Shown here one piece after another: positions 34,593 to 45,619 of a stretch of 64,000 nt of DNA. Made by a program: the position numbers and the translations under genes. Under the pieces are notes generated by a model. The model was given only the letters and a program-made list of their open reading frames with translations, was not told the DNA's origin and made no database searches. Numbering within the stretch: the stretch's first letter is position 1; each line of letters begins with the position of its first letter. The stretch covers positions 76,479-140,478 of IMG/VR virus record IMGVR_UViG_3300027902_000006. One strand, given 5' to 3'. The stretch is from a virus.

Positions 34593-35549
34593 CTACTCCT
34601 CCAAAACTGTAGGATGGTCTGGGACATGGAGAACATACTTCTTCCAATGTCTCCGCAGCATCCGTTGGTAATCTTCCTTGGAATATCCTCGTTTAGTTGA
34701 TCCGTGCCACTCGAAGAACTGCATGAGCCACCGTTGATGAAACTTCGAGAAGAGCCTAAACCAGTCTAGCGTGATACAGATGTTAGGAGTATAGGAATAA
34801 TTATCAGTGAGAAACTTACAATAAGCTTTGATGTATCCATAGAAAACTCCTCCTCTCATCACTGACATTCCACCTGATGTAAGAATCGGTTCTATTTCCG
34901 CGTCATAATAAATACGATGTTTTCTGACGACGGAAGCTATGGTCGATTCGCGATGATTAGTCATACATACTTCTTTGACTGCTTTTACACAAATGTCGAT
35001 AACCTCGTCTTTCTCAGGAACTGACGGATCGCCTTTAATAAAAGCGTAGAGGAACCAACTCATCGGTCTGTACTGATTAAATTGAGTGGGTGGAGTATAG
35101 ATTGCGTTAGGAAGGCCGATGGGAGGATGCTTCATAGCGTTTAGTCTCCGATAGACTTCTACGCGTTCGTCCATAGAGAATTTACGGTCTAGGAGAGGGT
35201 GTATCTGACTAGGCTTGATCCCATTCTCACCTAGACGTTCGACGAGTTCGGAGACATTTACGTTGAGTCTCAATTCCCCCCTGTCAAGTATGTGAATCCA
35301 TTTTACGGCTTCCTTGTAAACCCCCGAAGCTGGATTACGATGAGTACGCAGGTTCGGAAATGAATTCCAGACATCATCAATCTCTGGACAGTTTCTAATA
35401 GGTTTAGGAGTTTTCGTCGGAAGAGTTTTAAGTGCGTTCTTATCTTTCTTTAGAGCCTCTTTAAGTTTAGCTGCATTACCTTCAACTCCAAGTTGGAAGT
35501 CTAATCCTGTTTTATTCCCCGTTGTAATAATCGGATTTACATCTTTCAT
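34593..35549 (-). CDS. hypothetical protein (replication region)
   Basis: 318-aa ORF with AGGAG SD. Confidence 0.65.
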   Translation of the reverse strand: MKDVNPIITTGNKTGLDFQLGVEGNAAKLKEALKKDKNALKTLPTKTPKPIRNCPEIDDVWNSFPNLRTHRNPASGVYKEAVKWIHILDRGELRLNVNVSELVERLGENGIKPSQIHPLLDRKFSMDERVEVYRRLNAMKHPPIGLPNAIYTPPTQFNQYRPMSWFLYAFIKGDPSVPEKDEVIDICVKAVKEVCMTNHRESTIASVVRKHRIYYDAEIEPILTSGGMSVMRGGVFYGYIKAYCKFLTDNYSYTPNICITLDWFRLFSKFHQRWLMQFFEWHGSTKRGYSKEDYQRMLRRHWKKYVLHVPDHPTVLEE

Positions 35550-36008
35550 CGCGAGTTCTCCTAACTTGTTAGTTCGTTAATAATCCTAATCGGGCGCGGC
35601 ACCAACAGAACGTCTCAGGAGTATAAAGTATATATGTCACCTACAAAGCCCCATAAAGGTTTTTTAGGTGGTATAGGTATCGTACCTTTTTAAGAAACTC
35701 CTTTAAAAAAACATCAAGCATTATAATCGTCTCTGGAGCGACGGCTTTTGGTCGCTTCTTTCGTCATATATACCTTTCGAAGTGAGGGCGTAGCGTAGCG
35801 TAGCATTACCCGAACGGAGTATATGACGAAACTTAGCGGATACGAATACGAAGATAGATACTCCCTAAGTTTGATAAATATAATATATAAGGAATAGATC
35901 CCTACTCCTCGTCTAAGCCCGGAGTACTCTATGGTTCCCAGACAGAGGACCGGATGGGTTGCCTTAAAACCCCCACAACCCATCCGGTCCATTATGAAAT
36001 TATGATCA
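35550..36008. other. largest non-coding-like gap, with inverted and tandem repeats (possible origin or regulatory region)
   Basis: Inverted repeats 35947-35961/35976-35990 and 35760-35770/35820-35830, (GCGTA)3, AT-rich runs. Confidence 0.4.
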
Positions 36009-36554
36009 TTACTTAGCATTCTTTCTGACTCTACGAGTGGACACCCCAATCAACTCCTTTCCATCTCGCCAAGGACTAAACCAGAAGTTCCGGCGATACC
36101 AAGCCGACCATGTACCATCTTTATTTCGCTTCGGATACTCCGAAATGTAGCCAAGGGCGTAAATGGAAGGTCTTCCACGTTCGCCTCTAAGCACCAACTT
36201 AGCCCAACCTTTATTCACCATAATTGTCATTACATCATTAATCTGCGACTTCTTCTTCCCGTTGAACCGGCGATTTAGCTTGTCGAGATTAACTTGGACT
36301 AAAATTGCTCTACATAACCCAGTTCCTTTCTTATTCTCCACCCTATGTTGACCACCCAACACCGCTTCGCAAGCTATCATCTGCACTTCCCTAGTGTTCT
36401 CTTGTAGGTACATAATCAACTTAAACTTGAAATGGTCGAAAAATTCAAGGGGGATGTCTTCTTGCCTACCCCGCGTTACCTTTTTCGGCTTAAGTCTTTT
36501 TACATCACCGATATATTTGTTCTTGAGTTCTTGCGGACTATTGATTATACTCAT
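36009..36554 (-). CDS. basic, possibly winged-helix DNA-binding protein
   Basis: Lys/Arg-rich; helix followed by a wing-like GW..LV.RG..GRPSIYALG segment. Confidence 0.5.
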   Translation of the reverse strand: MSIINSPQELKNKYIGDVKRLKPKKVTRGRQEDIPLEFFDHFKFKLIMYLQENTREVQMIACEAVLGGQHRVENKKGTGLCRAILVQVNLDKLNRRFNGKKKSQINDVMTIMVNKGWAKLVLRGERGRPSIYALGYISEYPKRNKDGTWSAWYRRNFWFSPWRDGKELIGVSTRRVRKNAK

Positions 36555-36924
36555 AATTAGGCTCCAAGGTTTATTTTCTTCTAATCTCTTACTAAGCTCG
36601 ATGCTTCGGTCGTATCGGGCTTAACTTTTTTATTCTACTATTTTAACGGTCTTTTCTCTCAGGAGTTTCATGATCGCTGCTCTGTTATTACAACAGTCTA
36701 GAAGAAACTTTTTATGCTTGCGACACATATTGTTATGTGCCCAGTTCTGAAAGTCCAACTCCTTTAGACAAGCTTTACAATGGGTCCATTCTTCCTCAGA
36801 TTCGATTTCGTCTTTGTAAGCCCAGAATCGTCTTCCACACATAACACATTTATCATAGTGCCTTGGTTTTGTTCTCTGAAACTTTAATACTTTCTCTTCT
36901 TTACTCATGCATCACCCCCAATAT

Positions 36925-36963
36925 CCACTCTAGAGAGTAAATCTTACCGACTCTCTAGAGTGG
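36925..36963. other. 14-bp intergenic hairpin
   Basis: CCACTCTAGAGAGT...ACTCTCTAGAGTGG. Confidence 0.7.
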
Positions 36964-38198
36964 AGCCCTCTATCACTTATTTGCTAGTGCTTTCCATGCG
37001 TCTTCAAAACGCCAGATAAGTCCTTTATAGACGGCCTCAACTTGGCTATCGAATTCCTTCTGAGTCATTGTAGTTTCTCCGTTAATTGTCTCAGTTTTGA
37101 TGAGGAGCCATCTATCATTGAAGCGTTTGACGTGAGTTTGTCTCATTTTGTTGTCCTCTTTATAGACCGATGTTTACGACGGACTCACACCACTTAACGA
37201 AACACTCTTTGTGTATGACTTTGAAAGTAGAGTTTGGAGTAAGTTCTATGCCATCATAGAGAGTTCCACCCAGTAAGACAAGAATATCTGCATCTCCAAT
37301 GAAGTCTTCACCACACCAGTCACAAAAAGATTCGTCTAGTTTCGGTACTTCCATAGATTAAAACTCCTTACATGGGATCAAGTTTTCTCAGTATTGTTTT
37401 GAATCCGACACGTTTGAGATGTTTAATTAAATCAGACGCTTTCTTCTTGTTAGAGAGCGTCCATTGTATGTCGCGCTCTCCGCATCCTGCCCCACTACCT
37501 AGGAAGTCGGCGTCGTGTGCGGCGGCAATGTGTTTAGCCATTCGATCTTGATCAAGCCAGTTATCGTCCATCGGAAAAACTACTTCAACAGACCACTCAG
37601 CCATTACTTGCCTCCATCATGGATGTTTTTGAAAGCGGAGTAGAGAAAGTCATCTACTCCTTCAGCAAAGTCTGGACCCTCGAACCTTTTGAGTTGTCTC
37701 CAAGCAGGAGCACCTAGGGCGTCCGATTCCGAGTATTCAAGAATGTAGACATTGTTCCCCTTGTGATAACGTAGCCCAATAACTCTATAGCGATCCAACT
37801 GCCATATTTGTTCTCGACTCGTAGGACGTTGAGACTCTTCTGCCTTTTTTGTCACCTTTTCTCCCTTCTCGTCGAACTTCCCGAATGGATTGTCCCCTGG
37901 AGTATAGATGGACATATGTTTTCTCCGATTAGTGACAACATTTAACTAGAAGTAATATGACAAAAAGGAACGCACACACATCTACGATTGTTTTCATAAC
38001 CAGACCCTTTTTAGCGTTGGGTAGAATGATGTCTGGGTTTGTGGTTTATCGCGCCTCGATATTCTTTGAGCTGTTCGACTTCTTTAGAACCTTCCACCGG
38101 GATTCCTAACCGTTTGCCAATTTTAACCAACTGACGAAATGCTGCTCCAGTTTTAAGTTGACGGTCCCCTCTCGTATTGTGATGTCGACGACTTTTCA

Positions 38199-38559
38199 CT
38201 ACTCCTCCCGTGTCTTAATTTGGTATTTTCCGAAGGTCATGTTACCTTTGTCATTAGTACACTCAGTATTTTCGTCGAAATGAATTAAATGACCACCATA
38301 AGGGTTTCGATCCTCGAGTCCAGCAGTGACAAGTCCCAATAGTCCGGCGTCGACTCCGTAAAGGTTTCCAAACTGGTCGTTGTACACTCCGTCTCCGTAT
38401 GCTGTGCTGAATGCGAGGACAAGACCGTTTGGACGTTGAATGAGAGCAGACTTCTCAAAAAAGTCGGACTCATTCAAGAGATCTACCCAACTATCGTCGA
38501 AGCAGTAACACGGATCTCCTAGCCAGTAGTCACCTGCTGGAACTATCAGTCGTATCATG
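38199..38559 (-). CDS. conserved-looking phage hypothetical protein
   Basis: PAGDYWLGDPCY..STAYGDGVY..GVDAG; GGAGG SD before MIRLIV. Confidence 0.65.
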
Positions 38560-38636
38560 GAACCTCCCTTTAGTTTGTAGACATAGCCCAGATGTACCAT
38601 CCAATTATAAAACCCGCCACAAAGGTGAAAATTCCA

Positions 38637-38867
38637 TCACCCCATTCCATCGGTTTCTTCCTCGTCCAACGCGTCGAACTTTACTGATTCGACCTTTAGG
38701 GAGATGTGTCCTCCCCGGTCAACTATCTCTCCTTCCACAACTTGCAGTCTTGCCACATCTCTGGCGTTATAACATTCTACTACTTAGATAAGGTTATGAA
38801 GTTGAACGAACTCGGAAACAAGTTCTGCATTCGATAGTCCATGTGCCCAAGTAGCGAGGGTTGTCAT
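38637..38867 (-). pseudogene. 76-codon gene interrupted by an in-frame TAA
   Basis: SD plus ATG, 27 codons, TAA at 38784-38786, then 48 more open codons in the same frame. Confidence 0.55.
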
Positions 38868-39233
38868 GTTATCTCCTCATCAGGTCTTCTGCTACGATGT
38901 TTTTAAATCTTACTTCCTTACGTGCAGCGAGGAACGATTGCCTAGCGAACTCTGTAAATACTTCCTCTTTGTAGTTGGGATTCGTGCCTTCTAGGCAACG
39001 GGCCACGTCGGAGATAACTTCAATTGCTTGTCCAAAGGTTTTCCGTTTGTGTGCCATCCTTACGGCCAAACTTTTTGCGATGTTCTGGTAGTCCTTTTTA
39101 TGAAGCATCTTGAACCTCCTTTTTGTTCAGGTTAAGTGGGAACATAAATCGTTTACCGATACAGATCGCTCCACATGTTTTGCACCAAAAAACCGGATCA
39201 TCGTGAGTCATTCCCACTAGTTTCATTTTTGCT

Positions 39234-39611
39234 TTACATCGACAGTTCATTAGAAATCTTCTTCTCACCTTGGGTGTTTACTTCGCGCAGAGTCTCCCAT
39301 CCTGTTCGTGGCGTCTGTAAAACGAGTTTGTTTGGAAAAAAGATAGCCGTGGGTCTTGCTGGCTTCTCTTTATACTCCCACCATTCGGAACCATCGTATT
39401 CGTGGCGTTCCATCCACCAATCATCTCCAACTATGAGAAGGTCGACGGCGATTTTGGCAGCTCCGAATCCGTTATTATACTCTGTTCCAGCCGCGACGAC
39501 TAAAAAGTCGTCTATGGGAACTTCTTCGGTTTGAGTTCCGACCCAACGGATGTCGCGTATAACTTTACCATTGTCTGAAAGTACTCTGTTAGTTTCTTCA
39601 AGAAGATTCAT
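39234..39611 (-). CDS. conserved-looking phage hypothetical protein
   Basis: MNLLEET..YNNGFG..DWWMERHEYDGSEWW. Confidence 0.65.
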   Translation of the reverse strand: MNLLEETNRVLSDNGKVIRDIRWVGTQTEEVPIDDFLVVAAGTEYNNGFGAAKIAVDLLIVGDDWWMERHEYDGSEWWEYKEKPARPTAIFFPNKLVLQTPRTGWETLREVNTQGEKKISNELSM

Positions 39612-40388
39612 AGCGTCTCCTCTGTATCGGGTAGTGGACACCACTTGGGAAAAGGATCGTCTGACATAGGTATGACTTTACGAGGCTTCGTTTTTGTGCA
39701 GTGATATTCTTCTTGGCCAAAGTAGAAGATGAAGGGACATTGGATACATCGTCGGATGTCCAGACTGATGTGTTTCACATCGTCTCCTTTAGTTCCGGTG
39801 CGTCCGGTAAAGGGCACCAGTTTGGATAAGGGGTATCGAAGAGCGTTAGAATTAGGGGAGGGTCTTTTCCCCATCTAGGATGTTCACACATTGCCGGAGC
39901 GTCGTGTGGATTGGGCATGTAAGGGCATTCCATACATCCAGTGATTTTCATTACGACTAACTTCATAGTGTCAACTCCTTAACGATAAGAGTAAAGCAGG
40001 CCATCAGGTGAGGTGAGATTTGCTGGGATAAACTCTGAGAAGCCTCTCGGTTTTTCACCACAGTCCCATGCCATGAAGAAAATTTCCATATGCGGTTCGT
40101 TCTTCTCGAACCAGTCTGCCGGAGCCGTTGACTTTCTGACCAGAACGAGATCCCACTTATTTTCACCTACTTCTCTTGCCCAATACAAACCGGGAGTAGA
40201 AAGTTCTTCCATTTTCATAGTCTTATCTCCTTATCTTATTCGACAGTGTCGATCTATGGCGACTACTCTTAAAACAGTCTGCCATCTAGGATGATTCTCG
40301 TTGAAAAAATCTGGAGTGAGAGTGCTACACTCCAAGTCTCCCTCTTTTGACATCACAATGGAGAGTTCTCTAATCATGTCAGAAATTT

Positions 40389-40655
40389 TCATAGTTTCGG
40401 CTCCTTTCTCCTTTGAGTTATTATAAAAGTCTGAGCAGTTGTTAACTCTAACTTGTGTTCATAGAAAAGAAACGCGTCCCCATCGTTAAAAATGACCTTG
40501 TAGAGGAATCTGTGTTCGGGATAATCTATTGCTCGTTTAATGTAGGTAACTTCTCCTACGTCCTCATATCTAAGTTCTCTTTGATCAACGACTTTAACCA
40601 TCTCCCCAATCAAAAATTTAGACAGGGACTCATCTTCCATATTAGGTTGGGTCAT
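40389..40655 (-). CDS. small SH3/KOW-like protein with tag
   Basis: FLIGEMVKV; IITQRRK. Confidence 0.6.
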   Translation of the reverse strand: MTQPNMEDESLSKFLIGEMVKVVDQRELRYEDVGEVTYIKRAIDYPEHRFLYKVIFNDGDAFLFYEHKLELTTAQTFIITQRRKEPKL

Positions 40656-41524
40656 AATTTCAACTCCTCTCTTAGAGATTTAACTTCGTCAGTCGTTAAG
40701 TCATCTGGGTCTCCGTGATGGAGAGTTATGATGTGAGTTTCCAGTCCTAGGCTAGACAGAGTCGAACTCAACTTTTTAGCTTTCGCTTGTGCGAGTGGCT
40801 CTGCGTCGTACATAATGAAGACTCTTTTGGGTTGGATACTACTGAGAAGTTCTACTTGTGCTAAAGAATACGCCGTTCCGAATGTTGCTAATGCACCATC
40901 ACCGATTCGCCATGCGTCGAAGACCCCCTCAACTATGACGATGGTGTCTTGGATAAAGTCTAGTCCATAAAAGATTTCTTTGTGAGGAATTATTTCTTGG
41001 TCTTTTGGACATGCTTTAGTTTTGAGTTTTGCTACTCCAGTAATGTCTCTCGAGTGATATGAGACTTCTATTTTCTCATAGGTGATCGGAAAGATCAATC
41101 GAAATCGGAAGTTTCCAGTAGGCCCAGTTCCTTTTATTCCGTATTTTTTTATAACAAAATCTGGGTCGAATCTCCGCTTCTCTAAGTAGTCTCTGTGGTA
41201 GCTCTGTAGCGGGCCTCCGGGTATTACTAGTGGTTTCTTCTCAATCTTGATTTCAGGTAGGGTCGATTTTCCCGAATATACTTGGAGGAGTCTCTCGGCC
41301 TCACTTGGCGTGATGTTCAGAAGTTTAGAAATAACCTTCGGCATGGGGGACCAGCCACAGCGCCAGCAGTGATAATAGACTTCTTTACCTGTGGCATTGA
41401 ACCCCCCATGGTCACTTTTGTCGTGACAAATTGGACAGCCAGTATTAACCCAACCAGGGGTTACGTTCTTCCCAGACGTACTGAATGGGATATAGTGATC
41501 TTTAAGTAGACGTACTATGTCCAT
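40652..41524 (-). CDS. DNA primase (zinc finger plus TOPRIM)
   Basis: CPIC..H..CWRCG; RLIFPI; IVEGVFDA; MYDAE; DPDD. Confidence 0.85.
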   Translation of the reverse strand: MDIVRLLKDHYIPFSTSGKNVTPGWVNTGCPICHDKSDHGGFNATGKEVYYHCWRCGWSPMPKVISKLLNITPSEAERLLQVYSGKSTLPEIKIEKKPLVIPGGPLQSYHRDYLEKRRFDPDFVIKKYGIKGTGPTGNFRFRLIFPITYEKIEVSYHSRDITGVAKLKTKACPKDQEIIPHKEIFYGLDFIQDTIVIVEGVFDAWRIGDGALATFGTAYSLAQVELLSSIQPKRVFIMYDAEPLAQAKAKKLSSTLSSLGLETHIITLHHGDPDDLTTDEVKSLREELKL

Positions 41525-41744
41525 CTTGTTTCCTTACCCATCAAATAAATTGAGTAGGTAACTAAAATTGTAGGGTTTCTTGTACGTTAATTTGGCTAAA
41601 ATACCGTGCCACAAGGTGTATGTTTCGCAATTAACAGAATAGTCTCCACAGTTTAATTGACACATCCACCAAAGGGCAAGAGTCATATCTGTCTCCTCTC
41701 TCGCTCTTGAAATTGTTTGCCTAAACCCTGTCTAGGCGGTATTA

Positions 41745-42143
41745 TCATCCATGCTCGGCCTCCAGAGCGACCTTGGCAGCTAGGAGGATTGCACGGCCTA
41801 GGGAAATATCTCTACGGCTCACTTCGAGCCCATCGAAATCTTCCCAATGCCCTGAGTCGGGGATATATTTCGCTTCCCAAGCTACCCCTAAATCTGTTAG
41901 TTGACTCAACCACCCCTTCTCCCGCATCTTCTCCACCACCATCATCCAGTGGTTGGCGTTGGTGAGGGGTAGCCACGAAGCCACAGGCATGATTATCGTA
42001 TCTTGTGGATCTATGCTTAAATCAATTTCCTGCCTATTGACCCACAGAGAATGAACGTAAGTTCCATCCGAAAGAGTAGGATGGAACCATTCCATAACCT
42101 CTAGGGCTATCCACTCCATCAGTTTCCTGTCTTCGTCGGTCAT
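41745..42143 (-). CDS. phage ABA-sandwich-like domain protein
   Basis: IALEVMEW, WLPLTNANHWMMVVEKM, RAILLAA. Confidence 0.55.
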   Translation of the reverse strand: MTDEDRKLMEWIALEVMEWFHPTLSDGTYVHSLWVNRQEIDLSIDPQDTIIMPVASWLPLTNANHWMMVVEKMREKGWLSQLTDLGVAWEAKYIPDSGHWEDFDGLEVSRRDISLGRAILLAAKVALEAEHG

Positions 42144-42225
42144 TTTCTTCTCCTTCCATAAGCGAACCCGAATCCACCTAGGAAAGCCATTACACTCAGG
42201 ATGGCTAAGATTATTTCAGAGTCGA

Positions 42226-42630
42226 TCATGGCAATTCTCCTTTGGCTTTGAGGGCTTGTATCGTTCTCTTCGCTGACCGGTTCATTGCCTTCACTACATC
42301 TGGAACTTGCAATAGCACCCGCCACAACTCAAGACGTACCTTGCAATCGGCCAACTCATGCCGCAATTTCATTACCGTTTTACCGTAGTTTTCCAACTCT
42401 ATTTCGTAGGCTGTGATTAACAAATCTCTGCTGCCCACGGCAGCTTGGGCATCAACCAGCTTCTCTTGCAGGGTGGCGATCTGTCGGTCTTTGCAGGCGT
42501 CCCCCAACATCAATTCTCCATCGTTAAATGATCTGGTGCCGCACTCGAATTGTTTGTGAATTGCCACAGCACCACAAGAAACATACTCATATTTAGTTTC
42601 TGCCTCGCATTTAGGACAAGTCTCCATCAC
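42226..42630 (-). CDS. coiled-coil protein, paralogous C-terminus with 42627-43100
   Basis: ELADCK.RLELWR and LKAKGEL shared with the neighbour. Confidence 0.6.
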   Translation of the reverse strand: MMETCPKCEAETKYEYVSCGAVAIHKQFECGTRSFNDGELMLGDACKDRQIATLQEKLVDAQAAVGSRDLLITAYEIELENYGKTVMKLRHELADCKVRLELWRVLLQVPDVVKAMNRSAKRTIQALKAKGELP

Positions 42631-43100
42631 AGTTCTCCTTTAACTTTAAGTTGGGTTATACACATGTCGATCTCGGCATGAACTTCCCAGGCTTCGCGAC
42701 TATCTGAATCAGGTATGAGTTCAAGTTCTTGTTTACGATGGGCTAACTCTCGCCATAGCTCGAGTCTTCCCTTGCAATCGGCCAATTCCTTAACCATACC
42801 CAGCCATGCTCGGGTGGCTAACGCGTCCCGACGCAGTTCTCCCCAAGCCTCTCTTAGTTGTTCCCGCAGATGATCAACCTTTGTGGTCAGGGCTTCAAGG
42901 TCTTGGAGTAGCTCGTGGTTTCTGTCGTTCAATTCCCCGGAACTGTCCCAGACCTCTTTATATTTTTCTTTTAGATCCTTGTTTTCGGCTTGTAGAGCTT
43001 CGACTTGTTTCGCATGTGCTAATTCTCGACAATCACAGCCATGGTGATGTGTAGTACATCGTTGGGCACGTCGTTCTAGTGCCTTCAGATCAGTTTTCAT
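42627..43100 (-). CDS. coiled-coil protein
   Basis: CTTHHHGCDCRE; ELADCKGRLELWR; LKVKGEL. Confidence 0.6.
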   Translation of the reverse strand: MKTDLKALERRAQRCTTHHHGCDCRELAHAKQVEALQAENKDLKEKYKEVWDSSGELNDRNHELLQDLEALTTKVDHLREQLREAWGELRRDALATRAWLGMVKELADCKGRLELWRELAHRKQELELIPDSDSREAWEVHAEIDMCITQLKVKGEL

Positions 43101-43577
43101 CTTTGTCTTCTCCTCCTGACTTTTTTAGTCATGACAGTCCCCTCGGGTTCCTCTGCGCCTTTTATTCTAACATAGATAGCTTGGCGCAGAGGTCGGCGAC
43201 AGTCCTTACATTGTGGATAGAGTTCTGGATTATTCTTACGAGTGATACATGCTTCTATGTGCATCATATGATGCTGTTTAAGTTTAAGACAACGTAAATA
43301 TGTTATTTTGGTATAGTACTCTAATTCTTCGTCAGACATTGTTAACCTCGTTCTTCGTAGTCCTTATACGCCGCGCGTAGTGCCGTTCTGACATCCTCGA
43401 ACCACCCGTCCTTCTCGATGAAAAAGGAGGTTACAATGTCTTGGGCATCGTCGCCCTCGGGGACGTTTTGCATTCCGTCGAAGGCAACGGCCCAGTGTCC
43501 ATTATCGTCACAAATAAGTGCCGGACAAGATCCATCGGACGCAGCCTGTTCTAACCAATCGAGCAGTCTCGTATCGT

Positions 43578-43964
43578 TCATGTCTTTCTCCTTTGTTGAG
43601 TTATTTGAATGTTTGCTGTGGGTTTAGTAAAGTTCCCACGCCTCTTCGTACCATCTAGATAGTGAGCTGTCCATGCATAGTCTGAGTTGATTCCACACGC
43701 TTCGAAGATACCGGTTTGTGTATTAACCCACTCTTCCAGTGTCTTGTCTTCTTCTTCTCCGTCAAACTCATCGACGGGATACCATCTATCACCACAACAT
43801 TCGCAGTCTCGTCCTCCAGATACTCCGTGGAAATAGATACCGATGTCTTCGGCTTTTGCGTTGGCTTGGTTTGCACTCTCTGCCTCGATATAGACGTACC
43901 AGTCGACATTCTCATCTTTTCGTACCATGCCTCCTGAATTATTCTGACGAAATAGGTACCACAT
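43578..43964 (-). CDS. phage hypothetical protein with tag
   Basis: FRQNNSGG..DCECCGDRW; IQITQQRRK. Confidence 0.7.
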   Translation of the reverse strand: MWYLFRQNNSGGMVRKDENVDWYVYIEAESANQANAKAEDIGIYFHGVSGGRDCECCGDRWYPVDEFDGEEEDKTLEEWVNTQTGIFEACGINSDYAWTAHYLDGTKRRGNFTKPTANIQITQQRRKT

Positions 43965-44304
43965 TTTTGACCTCCTTTCTTGTGATTGTGATAGTGATGG
44001 GAGTTTTTGGAGTTAGATGAAGTTTATCATCGTAGAAGTAGAAAGGTTTGATAGTAAGTCTTTGTAGGATGGGTGCGCGTTGCCATGTGGAGTATACGGC
44101 GGGATCGGAGAAGAGTTCTCTTACATGTCCTTCACTTTTCCATCCGTGAGTGAAGACATGAGTATCTGTATCGGGGTCATTTTCAGTTCTCATACGGGAT
44201 GCCCAATACTGCCGTGGAATGTAAAGACTAAGTTCCTTGTTCTGTTCAAGCTCTCCTAGATACATCGTCTCTGTGTCCATGATGATTTCATCACCGATTC
44301 TCAT
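43939..44304 (-). CDS. hypothetical protein with tag variant
   Basis: PITITITRK. Confidence 0.6.
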   Translation of the reverse strand: MRIGDEIIMDTETMYLGELEQNKELSLYIPRQYWASRMRTENDPDTDTHVFTHGWKSEGHVRELFSDPAVYSTWQRAPILQRLTIKPFYFYDDKLHLTPKTPITITITRKEVKNVVPISSE

Positions 44305-45611
44305 TTATCCCTCCTTTGTTTATACAATTTCATTAACTCTTTGAGTATTTCTGTATCTTCGGGTTTCTTTCCATCCATAATTTTTGTAATGACTTCACGT
44401 TTCCTATCAATAAGAGTGAGAATATCCTCTTCTACTGTCTTGTCAGCTATTAGGTAATAGATATTGACTGCGTTCTTCTGGCCTATACGGTGAGCCCTGT
44501 CCTCACATTGTTCGTGATCACTTGGAGTCCAACCCAGTTCAACAAATGCGACATGATTTGAGGCCGTCAGATTGATACCAACACCCGCGGCCTGCATGTT
44601 CCCAACGAAGAGTTTAATCTTTGGGTTGTTCTGAAAGTCATCTATAGCTTTTTGTCTTTGTTTAAGGTCTTCCTTTCCGGTGAGCCTAACTGCAACCTTT
44701 TTGAACTTTTCCATGAGAAGGTCTACAATCTCGTGGTGATGACAGAAGGCTATAAGTTTGTTGTTTTCTATGACATTGGCTATCCAGTCTATAACTAAAT
44801 CCATCTTCCCTCGTGTAGCGACTCTTTTAAGATTGGAAAAGTATTGGAGTGGATTGAGGTCATTCTCGTTTAGGGCTTCTTTATATTCTCGGATATTGTT
44901 GATAGAAAGTGGGATGACTGTTCTAAGCTTGTCTGGAAGCTCTTTTTGAACTTCTGATTTTAGTTTCCTAATGGTACACGTTCGTGTAATTTTTAGGTTG
45001 AGTTCATCTAGATTCGATGCACCACTAGTATCTAACCCCCATCGTGTTCTTTTCGCCTGACAATAACGTTTAGCATAGCCCCACCAAGAGTTGAACATAC
45101 TCGGCCTGAGAAGGGCTAGGATGTTATAGAACTCAATGGGTCTATTGATTATGGGAGTTCCCGAGATTGCGATGATATGGGGAGTTCTGACAGCGAGGGA
45201 AATGGTTGCGCGACTACGCTTGGCGTTACGGTTTTTGAGATACTGGCATTCGTCGAGGATGACTACTTGTGGTTTTACTTTAAGTAGTGCCGGAAGCCAT
45301 CCGAAAACGATATCATAGTTAATAATGATGTAGTGATCTGAGTAGGATTTTAGCGAGGACGGTTTGAGTCCTTCGAGAATTACGACTTTTGGATTTTTGG
45401 TCCATTTATACAGTTCACGTTTCCAATTAAGTTTAAGGGAGGCCGGACAAATTATCACAACCGGTTTACGCTTAGGATGTTTTGCAGTCCAGTGAATTGA
45501 GACGGCCGACTTTCCCAGACCCATCTCTAGGGCTAGGAGAGCACGTCCATTCCATTTTTCCAACTGTTCAACACTTTCCTTTTGAAAAGGAAATAATTCT
45601 AGTTTCGCCAC
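44301..45611 (-). CDS. SNF2-family (HARP-like) helicase
   Basis: EMGLGKS, CPASLK.NW, DECQYLKN, SGTPI.N, GVGINL, QCEDRAHRIGQ. Confidence 0.92.
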   Translation of the reverse strand: MAKLELFPFQKESVEQLEKWNGRALLALEMGLGKSAVSIHWTAKHPKRKPVVIICPASLKLNWKRELYKWTKNPKVVILEGLKPSSLKSYSDHYIIINYDIVFGWLPALLKVKPQVVILDECQYLKNRNAKRSRATISLAVRTPHIIAISGTPIINRPIEFYNILALLRPSMFNSWWGYAKRYCQAKRTRWGLDTSGASNLDELNLKITRTCTIRKLKSEVQKELPDKLRTVIPLSINNIREYKEALNENDLNPLQYFSNLKRVATRGKMDLVIDWIANVIENNKLIAFCHHHEIVDLLMEKFKKVAVRLTGKEDLKQRQKAIDDFQNNPKIKLFVGNMQAAGVGINLTASNHVAFVELGWTPSDHEQCEDRAHRIGQKNAVNIYYLIADKTVEEDILTLIDRKREVITKIMDGKKPEDTEILKELMKLYKQRRDK

Positions 45612-45619
45612 TTAATTTA

